Positions 1 through 7,723 of a DNA stretch of 64,000 nt are shown one piece after another. Positions within the stretch are counted from its first letter, which is position 1. Every line of letters begins with the position of its first letter. A model generated the notes under the pieces. It worked only from the letters and a program-made list of their open reading frames with translations, did not search any database and was not told where the DNA came from. The position numbers and the translations under genes are program-made. This DNA comes from Verrucomicrobiota bacterium (GTDB lineage Bacteria > Verrucomicrobiota > Verrucomicrobiia > Limisphaerales > CANJXF01), in assembly GCA_038214755.1 (NCBI GenBank), contig JBBQRQ010000011.1, positions 1 through 64,000 on the forward strand, written 5' to 3'.

Positions 1-1
1 G

Positions 2-130
2 CAGCGCATCTTCAAACGGGATTACCACGGTTTGGCAGACGCCATTCCGGTCGAAGAGATCGCCCCAGAGGTAAGGACTGTCCTGGATTCCATCCTCGAA
101 GTCGCCAATCGCGCCAAACCCGCTATCTGA
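2..130 (+). CDS. 3' end of an upstream gene running in from the window edge (…QRIFKRDYHGLADAIPVEEIAPEVRTVLDSILEVANRAKPAI*), product unknown
   Basis: Frame open from base 2 to TGA at 128-130, 2 nt before the mod ATG (operon-like spacing). Confidence 0.55.
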   Translation, partial: QRIFKRDYHGLADAIPVEEIAPEVRTVLDSILEVANRAKPAI

Positions 131-132
131 CC

Positions 133-2688
133 ATGTCCCGCCCACACCACGACGCTTACGAATTGACCAACGCCGAAAAGCGCGACCTCACAAAACTCAT
201 CAACGAAGGAAAGCCGCTGCCGGAAAAATACCGCTTCATCCTGTTCGCCGACAAACGCGAGGTCGAACTCGTCTGGAACGGCAAGTCCCGCGAAGTCTGC
301 ACCACCATTCTGCCGTTCCAAACGCTGGAACACGTTGACGAGCCACGCAAGGAAAAGCGCGATGACGAGCAACTTGGCTTTGACCTCCGCGGACGCCAGC
401 TCAAAGGCTGGACAAACAAACTCATCTGGGGCGACAACAAACTCATTCTCTCCTCCCTCAAGGCCGGCGCGCTCCGCCGCCAGATCGAGGACGCCGGCGG
501 CATCAAGCTCATCTACATTGACCCGCCCTTCGACGTCGGCGCGGACTTCAGCATGGACATCGAGATCGGCGGCGAGACTTTCCACAAAGAGCCGAACCTC
601 CTCGAACAAATCGCCTACCGCGACACCGGGGGGCGCGGCGCGGATTCCTTCATCGCCATGATTTACGAACGCCTCATCCTCATGCGCGACTTGATGCACA
701 GCGAGGGCAGCATCTATGTGCATTGCGATTGGCGGGTAACAGGATTCATCCGCATGGCACTGGATGAAGTCTTTGGGCGAAATGCTTTCATCAATGAAGT
801 AATTTGGAAACGTCAGTCCGCGAAAAGCGGTTCGTTCGACGGCATGGGACAATTCGGGCGAATCCACGAAACAGTTTATTTCTACAGCAAGACAGACCGC
901 TTCACTTGGAATCAACAATTCGCTCCTTACCACGAAAGCTACATCCAAGATTTCTACAAATACGTCGAGCCAGAAACAGGAAGACGATACCGCTTGAGCG
1001 ACTTGACTGGCGCAGGACCACGCCAAGGAGATTCGGGCGGACCTTTGAAAATTGGCGAGGCGGTTGTGCGGCCTGCTGCTGGGCGGCATTGGGCGTTGGG
1101 TTTGTTGCCGAACGAGACTGTGCAACTGGCAATGGATCGTCTCGTTGCCGAAAAGAGGATTCAATTCCGCGAAGGCGGTATGCCGCAATACAAACGCTAT
1201 CTCGACGAGATGCCGGGCGTTTCTTTGCAGGACATGTGGACGGACGTTCTTTCAGTTGCGCCGCAAAGCGAAGAGCGACTTGCTTACCCAACCCAAAAGC
1301 CCGAAGCCCTGATGGATCGGATTATCAAAGCCAGCAGCAACGAAGGCGAATTGGTGGCGGACTTTTTCTGCGGCAGCGGCACGACGGCGGCCGTGGCCGA
1401 AAAGCTGGGCCGCAAATGGATCGTCACCGACCTCGGCAAGTTCGGCATCCACACCACGCGCAAACGGCTCATCCAGGTGCAGCGCGAGCGCAAAGCCGCC
1501 GGCCAGCCCTTCCGCGCCTTCGAGGTCTTGAACCTGGGCCGTTACGAACGCCAGGCCTACCTGAACATCGGCGGCCGTTTGAGCGCCAAGAAAAAAGCCG
1601 ACGCCCTCGCGCGCAAGGAACAGGAATTCCGCGAGCTGATCCTGAAAGCCTATCGCGCCGAGCCGCTCGGCGGCGGCAGTTTTGCGGGGAGCGCGGGCGT
1701 CCCGCCTGCCGTTTCCGGCGTCGCGCCGGAAACCCCAACCTACGGCGCAGCCGCAAAACAAAAAAATCAGGCGCTGCGCGCGAAAGACGAAGCAACGGGC
1801 GCGACGCCCATTGCCGCACGCGAGACGCGCGCGCTCCCCAGTGACGAATTCTTCCACGGCAAATCCGGCGGGCGGCTCGTCGTGGTCGGCCCGATCAATC
1901 TGCCCGTTGGCCGGTTGTTCATCGAGGAAGTCATTACCGAATGCCGCAAGCGCGGCGCGACGCGCGTTGATGTGTTGGCCTTTGAGTTTGAGATGGGACT
2001 GTTCCCCGCCGTGCTGGACGAGGCGAAACAAAAGGGTATTGATCTCGCGCCCAAAACCATTCCGCCGGAAGTGTTCGACAAGCGCGCCGTGGAAAAAGGC
2101 CAGGTGCGTTTCCACGACGTGGCCTACATCGAGGTGACGCCCAGATTTTGGAAATCCGAAATCCGAAATCCGAAATCCGAAATGACCTTGGCCGTGGAAC
2201 TGATGGATTTCTCGGTCTATTACTCGCAAGGCGTCGCGGATTCGATTGCCGCCGAATTGAAGGAAGGCAAAAGCGAAGTGACCTGCGAGCAAGGCAAGCT
2301 CATCAAGTTGAGCAAAGACAAGAACGGCGTCATCACGCGCGACGTGCTGACGAAGCAATGGACCGACTGGGTGGATTACTGGGCGGTGGATTTTGATTAC
2401 GAGAGCCGGAAGGAAATAATCAACAAGACGCGGAACATCGCGACCGGCGAGGAAATCCGTGACTGGAATCCCAAAGACCCGACACTCGTCGAGCATTACA
2501 CCCACTGGGAAGGCGCATACGTTTTTGAAAACGAATGGCAGAGTTTCCGAACCCGCAAAGACCGGGATATTGAATTGAAGAGCGCCACGCACACTTACGA
2601 AAAGCCCGGTCGTTACATCATCGCCGTGAAAGTCATTGATATTTTCGGCAACGACACGATGACCCTCGTGCCGGTGAATGTGGGTTAG
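133..2688 (+). CDS. mod: Type III restriction-modification methyltransferase (Mod), beta-class N6-adenine MTase
   Basis: 851-aa ORF with NKLIWGDN, catalytic IYIDPPF, YPTQKPE and SAM-binding DFFCGSGTT; long C-terminal extension ending VKVIDIFGNDT as seen in type III Mod proteins. Confidence 0.9.
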   Translation: MSRPHHDAYELTNAEKRDLTKLINEGKPLPEKYRFILFADKREVELVWNGKSREVCTTILPFQTLEHVDEPRKEKRDDEQLGFDLRGRQLKGWTNKLIWGDNKLILSSLKAGALRRQIEDAGGIKLIYIDPPFDVGADFSMDIEIGGETFHKEPNLLEQIAYRDTGGRGADSFIAMIYERLILMRDLMHSEGSIYVHCDWRVTGFIRMALDEVFGRNAFINEVIWKRQSAKSGSFDGMGQFGRIHETVYFYSKTDRFTWNQQFAPYHESYIQDFYKYVEPETGRRYRLSDLTGAGPRQGDSGGPLKIGEAVVRPAAGRHWALGLLPNETVQLAMDRLVAEKRIQFREGGMPQYKRYLDEMPGVSLQDMWTDVLSVAPQSEERLAYPTQKPEALMDRIIKASSNEGELVADFFCGSGTTAAVAEKLGRKWIVTDLGKFGIHTTRKRLIQVQRERKAAGQPFRAFEVLNLGRYERQAYLNIGGRLSAKKKADALARKEQEFRELILKAYRAEPLGGGSFAGSAGVPPAVSGVAPETPTYGAAAKQKNQALRAKDEATGATPIAARETRALPSDEFFHGKSGGRLVVVGPINLPVGRLFIEEVITECRKRGATRVDVLAFEFEMGLFPAVLDEAKQKGIDLAPKTIPPEVFDKRAVEKGQVRFHDVAYIEVTPRFWKSEIRNPKSEMTLAVELMDFSVYYSQGVADSIAAELKEGKSEVTCEQGKLIKLSKDKNGVITRDVLTKQWTDWVDYWAVDFDYESRKEIINKTRNIATGEEIRDWNPKDPTLVEHYTHWEGAYVFENEWQSFRTRKDRDIELKSATHTYEKPGRYIIAVKVIDIFGNDTMTLVPVNVG
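1686..1839. repeat. REP/REPIN-like palindromic element in frame inside mod
   Basis: GGGGAGCGCGGGCGTC...GACGCGCGCGCTCCCC inverted ends with GGAG foot; translates as GSAGVPPAVSGVAPET...ARETRALP. Confidence 0.8.
2151..2183 (+). repeat. Heptamer tandem repeat (GAAATCC)x4+GAAAT inside mod
   Basis: Directly visible; encodes KSEIRNPKSE; same heptamer as the intergenic array elements. Confidence 0.9.
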
Positions 2689-2754
2689 GAATCTGTGGCT
2701 GAGGCAAACCTTGCCAATGACAGCAGGGAGAGTTTGACGGATTGACCGGCTTGC

Positions 2755-2778
2755 GTGCTACAGTCTAACTATGTCCCC
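2755..2778 (+). repeat. Copy 1 of a 24-bp direct repeat (extended -10 promoter plus ATG); copy 2 at 4482-4505
   Basis: GTGCTACAGTCTAACTATGTCCCC vs GTGCTATAATCTAACTATGTCCCC, 22/24 identical. Confidence 0.75.
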
Positions 2779-2789
2779 AATGTTGAACC

Positions 2790-2920
2790 TGAAATCCGAA
2801 GGCCGAAATCCCGCAGAGCGGGACGAATATCCGAAGCCCGAATGCTTGTTACCCAGCCACAACCTCGGCCCACTTTTTCCTGTCGGCGGCCAAAAGTTTC
2901 GGCTTTCAGATTTCGAGCTT
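2790..2920. repeat. Degenerate heptamer-array inverted-repeat element
   Basis: GAAATCCGAAGGCCGAAATCC...ATCCGAAGCCCGAA left arm; TTTCGGCTTTCAGATTTCGAG right arm. Confidence 0.6.
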
Positions 2921-2922
2921 CG

Positions 2923-3066
2923 TTGAAACAATGGTGCGCCGACGCCACCGCTGCCGAGGAGAACGGCCCGCATTACGATTTTGTTTTCGTGGACCAGAAC
3001 GGCTTTGAAAAACACTCGCCGAAAACTTTTGCCGCGCTCGCCGCGAGCTTCATTGAATACAAATAA
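2923..3066 (+). pseudogene. C-terminal remnant of a type III restriction (Res) subunit
   Basis: LKQWCADATAAEENGPHYDFVFVDQNGFEKHSPKTFAALAASFIEYK* resembles, from recall, the C-terminus of type III Res proteins; no helicase part is present upstream. Confidence 0.65.
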
Positions 3067-3101
3067 TCGCCAATTTTTCCTGATTGAAGTAAACTCCAGC
3101 T

Positions 3102-4322
3102 TTGAAAAATATGAAGCCGCCCAGCGATCAAGAACTAGAAGCGATCTTGAATGATTTGGAATCCGACCGGGCCGAGAGAAAGGAAGCGTGGTCTGGATCG
3201 GCTCCGGAAAAATGCCGGGAGGCCGTGTGCGCCTTCGCCAATGACCTGCCCAACCATCAGCAGCCGGGCATTGTTTTCATCGGAGCCGGTGACGACGGCC
3301 GCCCGTCGGGCGCGCCCGTCACCGATCAATTGCTGCTCACACTGGCAGACCTCAAGACCGACGGAAAGATCATCCCTTCACCCACCTTGACGGTCGAGCG
3401 GCGCACGCTTAAAGGCGGCGATATGGCGGTCGTCTGCGTCTGGCCGGCGGATGCGCCACCGGTGCGCTTCAGCGGGCGCATTTGGATCCGCATCGGCCCC
3501 CGTCGCGGTCTCGCTTCGGCGCAGGACGAGCGCATTCTCAATGAACGTCGGCGTCACCGGGACATTCCTTTTGACATTCAGCCGTGGCCTTCCGCCCGGC
3601 TGGCCGATCTTAGCCGCACCGCTTTTGAGGAGGAATATCTTCCCGGCGCCTTTGCTCCGGACGTGCTGGCGGCCAACGATCGCACCTATGAGCAGCGGCT
3701 GGCCGCCTGCCGCATGATCACCTCCGCCGATGACCCCACGCCTACCGTGCTGGGTCTGCTCACGCTGTCCCGCACGCCGCCGCGCTGGCTACCCGGCGCC
3801 TATGTCCAGTTCCTCCGCATCCAAGGCACGGCCTGGGCCGACCCGGTCGTGGACGAGGCCGTGCTTGATGGGCCGCTCGCCGCCATGATCCGGCGGCTGG
3901 ACGAGAAACTCTTATCCCACAACCGCGTGACCGTGGACTTCACTTCCACACCCATAGAAACCCGCCGCCACACCTATCCTCCGACCACCCTACAGCAACT
4001 CACCCGGAACGCGGTCATGCACCGCACCTACGAAGGCACCAACGCGCCAGCCCGCGTGTATTGGTTCGATGACCGCATCGAGATCATCAGCCCTGGCGGG
4101 CCTTACGGTAATGTCACTCCGGCTAACTTTGGCCAGCCCGGCTTCGCGGATTATCGCAATCCCCATCTGGCCGAGGCCATGCGCGTGCTCAACCTCGTAC
4201 AGCGTTTCGGCGTGGGCATCTCCATCGCCCAGGCCGCCCTGAAGGAGAACGGTAACCCGCCGATCTCCTTCCAGGTGGACTCCGCCATGGTTTTCGCCCG
4301 CGTCTATCCCGCCAAACTCTGA
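3102..4322 (+). CDS. AlbA_2 (Schlafen-like) DNA-binding domain plus HATPase_c_4-like ATP-binding protein (alternative start ATG 3111)
   Basis: ESDRAERKE, AVCAFAN, GIVFIG at the N-terminus; NAVMHRTY, FDDRIEIISPGG, YRNPHLAEAM, VQRFGVGI at the C-terminus. Confidence 0.8.
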   Translation: MKNMKPPSDQELEAILNDLESDRAERKEAWSGSAPEKCREAVCAFANDLPNHQQPGIVFIGAGDDGRPSGAPVTDQLLLTLADLKTDGKIIPSPTLTVERRTLKGGDMAVVCVWPADAPPVRFSGRIWIRIGPRRGLASAQDERILNERRRHRDIPFDIQPWPSARLADLSRTAFEEEYLPGAFAPDVLAANDRTYEQRLAACRMITSADDPTPTVLGLLTLSRTPPRWLPGAYVQFLRIQGTAWADPVVDEAVLDGPLAAMIRRLDEKLLSHNRVTVDFTSTPIETRRHTYPPTTLQQLTRNAVMHRTYEGTNAPARVYWFDDRIEIISPGGPYGNVTPANFGQPGFADYRNPHLAEAMRVLNLVQRFGVGISIAQAALKENGNPPISFQVDSAMVFARVYPAKL

Positions 4323-4324
4323 TC

Positions 4325-4471
4325 ATGCCCCGCCCACACCAGGACGCCTACGACCTCACCGACGCCGAAAAGCGCGACCTCATCAAACTCATCAATGAGG
4401 GAAAGCCGTTGCCGGAGAAATACCGCTTCCTACTTTTCAAAGACCAAGCTGAGGTCACCCACGGGCTGTGA
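4325..4471 (+). pseudogene. Truncated second copy of the mod 5' end (MPRPHQDAYDLTDAEKRDLIKLINEGKPLPEKYRFLLFKDQAEVTHGL*)
   Basis: First ~38 codons align with Mod MSRPHHDAYELTNAEKRDLTKLINEGKPLPEKYRFILF, then diverge to TGA at 4469-4471. Confidence 0.9.
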
Positions 4472-4482
4472 TCTCGACTATG

Positions 4483-4491
4483 TGCTATAAT
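4483..4491 (+). promoter_or_regulatory. Extended -10 sigma70 promoter (TGcTATAAT), probably leaderless
   Basis: Perfect TGnTATAAT 6 nt upstream of ATG 4498. Confidence 0.65.
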
Positions 4492-4497
4492 CTAACT

Positions 4498-7056
4498 ATG
4501 TCCCCGGTATTTCATTCTTCGCCTCGATTCTGCTGTCTTTTGACCACGATACTTTCGTTAGTGTTAGCTCCGGCGCTCCTCCGGGCGGGACTGTTGCCCG
4601 GCAACGTCTGGCCCAACCCCACGCTGGAATTGGACTCCAACGGCGACAGCGTTCCAAACTTCTGGAATCGCGGCGGCTCACTTACCGCGATTGATGTGTG
4701 GACGACTGTGCTGTCGGTCAGCCCGACGCATTCCTTCCAACTTAACGACACCAGCACCACGGCGTATGGCGAGTGGTATTCCGACCGGCTCAACATCAAC
4801 GGTGGAACGAATTACCAACTCCGCTACAACCTTCGTTACACCATCACCAACATCGGGCCGATGCGTGTGACGGTGAATTTTTACAATGCCGCCGACACTT
4901 ACGTCACCGGGGTGAGTTATCAGTTTTCTGGCGCACACAACTTCTGGGAGGAGATGACGCAACAGTTCACAACCCCGGCCAGCGCAGCGAAGCTCGGCCT
5001 CACGTTCACCTCCGGCGGTGGGTCTGATGTAACCGGCCAAGCCTGGCTGGACGACATTTCTCTGGCCACGGTAACCCCGGTCAACTCGCTGGTTCCTTAC
5101 ATTGAAAACTTCCCGTTGTTGCCCAATCCACTCGTCATCCGCGACTGGAAGCAAACCGCCAGCGATTATCATCAACTCGCGTTCAACCCATCCATCACCG
5201 GACAATATCTGCCGCTCTTGTATGAATACACCGTGAATACTTCCGGCGGTTACAGTGGATCTGCGTTCAGTCTGCCGAGTTACGTGGGCCGTGCGCGTGA
5301 CAGCGGCGAGGCGCTCACCGTGCTTGGCGCAGTGCTAGGTGGCACGCTCGCGGGGCTGAACATGGCCGCGCTCAACGGCAAGGACCGCGTCCAGCAGTGC
5401 GAGGCCTTTTACACTGTGGTCAATGGCCATGGACTTCTCTTCAACAACCTTAACTCGCAAGGTTCCGGCTCGGCTTGGTATGACATTTTTCCCAGCACCC
5501 TCTTTTACGAAATCGGCTCGCGCTATCCGGGTAGCGTCTCCTACCAGGCGAAGATGCGCGCCATCGCGGACAGTTGGCTCACCGCGTTGCCGGTGTTGAG
5601 CAATAACTGGGAGCACACAGGATTTAATTTCACGACTATGACGCCGACGGATTTCGCCTGGGACGAACCGGACATGGCCATCGGCATCGCGTGGCTCGAA
5701 TACATGGCTTACGCGCAGTTCAACGACGCAAAGTATCTTACCGGGGCGGACACTTGCATGACGCAGATGAACAGTCGCACGCCCAATCCGTTCTATGAAG
5801 TGCTGGGCTTCTTTGGGCCACCGCTGGCCGCCCGCATGAACGCGGAGTTGGGTCGCACTTACTCCACCAGCAAACATCTGAATTGGATTTTCGCTCCCAC
5901 CTCCGATGCCCGGCCCGGTTGGGGCTGCGAAAACTCGCGCTGGGGAAACTACGATGCCTATGGCCTTATGGGTAGCACCACCGATTCAAGCGGGTATGCC
6001 TTTTCGATGAACTCCTACTGCGCGCCCGGCCTCATCGCGCCCGTCGCCCGATACGAGCCGCAATTTGCGCGATTGCTCGGTCGCTGGTTGTTGCACGCCG
6101 CCGCCAACGCGAACCTCTTTTACCCAAACACGCTTCCGACGAACATGCAGTCGAGCGCGGCGTGGGTGCAGCAAACCGGCGTGCAAAGCATCTCTTACGA
6201 AGGCGCGCGGCGACTCGGCCCCACTACACCTTACGCTACTGGCGACGCCTCCGAGCCGGTGCAGGATTTAAATCCGTACGGCGCCTGGGGAAGTGGTTGG
6301 ATGGCGGCGTTGTTCCAAACTTCGAACGTACCGGGTATCCTCCAAATTGATTGCGTCGCCACTGAAGCGTTCGCGCCCGCGACTTGTCCTACTTACCTCT
6401 ACTACAATCCGTATGCAGTCGCCACGCAGGTCGTCGTAAACGTCGGGACAGGTATGAAACACCTTTACAACGCCGTCACTGGCGCGTTTCTTGCCACCAA
6501 TGTTTCAGGAAACACCACGCTCACGCTCGCGCCGGATTCAGCGATAGTCCTGGCACTGTGCCCCTCGACCAACGCCATCAGTCAGTCAGGCCGTAAGCTT
6601 CTGGTCGGTGGTGCCGTCATTGATTATTGGAATGGCATTCTCGACACCGACATCGACGGGCTGCCGAACTGGTGGGAAAGCCGCTACTTTGGAAGTATCA
6701 CCAACGCGCTACCTCAATCGCCGGCGGCCAATGGCTACAGTAACCTGCAATGCTACTGGCTCGGTCTTGACCCGACCAATCCGCTTTCAACCTTCCGCGT
6801 TCAGGCAAGTATCCAATCCGGCACCAGCTTCCCGCGAATCACCTGGTCGTCTGTGGGCGGCAAGACCTACACCGTCGAATACGCCAATAGCTTTGCGACT
6901 GCCGGTGCAAGTTTCACCCCCGCGTTGACGGTAACCGAAACCAACGTGCCTGCTGGAGTAGCGAGCACAGAAACTTTCTTGGATAACTACACTCTGACCG
7001 GCGGTCCCCCCAGCACGAACGCCCGCTACTACCGGGTGAAGCTGGTGCAACCATGA
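4498..7056 (+). CDS. Secreted putative glycoside hydrolase: signal peptide, CBM-like jelly-roll domain, large helical catalytic-like domain, DxDxDG repeat, C-terminal YYR domain
   Basis: Signal peptide ending ALLRA; GNVWPNPTLE...WLDDISL domain; aromatic/acidic core (WYDIFP, WDEPD, YEVLG, GYAFSMN, SYEG); DTDIDGLPNWWE; ends RYYRVKLVQP. Family not assignable by eye. Confidence 0.6.
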   Translation: MSPVFHSSPRFCCLLTTILSLVLAPALLRAGLLPGNVWPNPTLELDSNGDSVPNFWNRGGSLTAIDVWTTVLSVSPTHSFQLNDTSTTAYGEWYSDRLNINGGTNYQLRYNLRYTITNIGPMRVTVNFYNAADTYVTGVSYQFSGAHNFWEEMTQQFTTPASAAKLGLTFTSGGGSDVTGQAWLDDISLATVTPVNSLVPYIENFPLLPNPLVIRDWKQTASDYHQLAFNPSITGQYLPLLYEYTVNTSGGYSGSAFSLPSYVGRARDSGEALTVLGAVLGGTLAGLNMAALNGKDRVQQCEAFYTVVNGHGLLFNNLNSQGSGSAWYDIFPSTLFYEIGSRYPGSVSYQAKMRAIADSWLTALPVLSNNWEHTGFNFTTMTPTDFAWDEPDMAIGIAWLEYMAYAQFNDAKYLTGADTCMTQMNSRTPNPFYEVLGFFGPPLAARMNAELGRTYSTSKHLNWIFAPTSDARPGWGCENSRWGNYDAYGLMGSTTDSSGYAFSMNSYCAPGLIAPVARYEPQFARLLGRWLLHAAANANLFYPNTLPTNMQSSAAWVQQTGVQSISYEGARRLGPTTPYATGDASEPVQDLNPYGAWGSGWMAALFQTSNVPGILQIDCVATEAFAPATCPTYLYYNPYAVATQVVVNVGTGMKHLYNAVTGAFLATNVSGNTTLTLAPDSAIVLALCPSTNAISQSGRKLLVGGAVIDYWNGILDTDIDGLPNWWESRYFGSITNALPQSPAANGYSNLQCYWLGLDPTNPLSTFRVQASIQSGTSFPRITWSSVGGKTYTVEYANSFATAGASFTPALTVTETNVPAGVASTETFLDNYTLTGGPPSTNARYYRVKLVQP

Positions 7057-7116
7057 GCCGGCTCCTGAACGCATCTCAGTTTCTTTCAGTTCGAATTTCC
7101 TCTAATCCTGAATTTT

Positions 7117-7285
7117 GAAATCCGAATTGCCGAAGCCCGAAAGAAGCTCGAAATCCGAAGGCCGAAACTGCGCTTGGCCTCTCGCACGGAAAAGTGCTCC
7201 GGGGTCGCGCCTGACTGGCAGATATTCGCTTCGAGTCTTCGGATTTCTTTCGGCCCTTCGGATTACGAACTTCGGTCTTCGGGCT
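7117..7285. repeat. Heptamer-array inverted-repeat element
   Basis: GAAATCCGAA...CCGAAAGAAGCTCGAAATCCGAAGGCCGAA, spacer, then TTCGGATTTCTTTCGG...TTCGG. Confidence 0.8.
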
Positions 7286-7372
7286 AATCAGTTAGATTTA
7301 TTTTCGGAGCGAATTTGCGAAATCATGTGGCAGGGATGTGATTAAATGGGGGTGAGGCCGGAGCCGATCATC

Positions 7373-7502
7373 TTTGGGACTGCGGCGGCAGGACGCCGCT
7401 TTTCCTGCACGGTGAAGAAAACAACTGTATCCGTCTGTGCGAGCGCTTTCGGTATCAGCCAAGCGTGAAGCCAAAGCGGCGTCCTGCCGCCGCAGTCCAA
7501 AA
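7373..7502. repeat. REPIN-like palindrome (GGAC foot)
   Basis: GGACTGCGGCGGCAGGACGCCGCTTT / AAAGCGGCGTCCTGCCGCCGCAGTCC perfect inverted arms. Confidence 0.85.
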
Positions 7503-7723
7503 AGAAACTGCCTTCAGCCTCACCCATTTTTAATCACACCCAGACGGCAGTTGGGTTGCAAGTTCATGTTGCATGTGATACGCCCCGGCCCTCGTGTTTC
7601 ATTATCCTTGCTCTTATCATGCGGTGATAGTGAGATAGTAAAGTGTTCTCCACCGCTCCAGTGACTAAGCCCGAATTCCGAAATTCCAATCCCCGAACTC
7701 CGAAAGAAGGCCGAACTCACGAA

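Noticed and set aside
22..2592. Long minus-strand ORFs (22-1188, 1252-2592) and similar antisense or alternate-frame ORFs throughout the track
   Set aside because: They shadow well-supported genes in GC-rich DNA and have no recognisable motifs
2695..2755. GGCAAACC suggesting a c-di-GMP-I riboswitch
   Set aside because: No GAAA tetraloop stem or GACGCAAAG segment follows
2755..2922. N-terminal half of the 103-aa ORF
   Set aside because: It is a read-through of the promoter repeat and heptamer element; only the last ~47 codons look protein-derived
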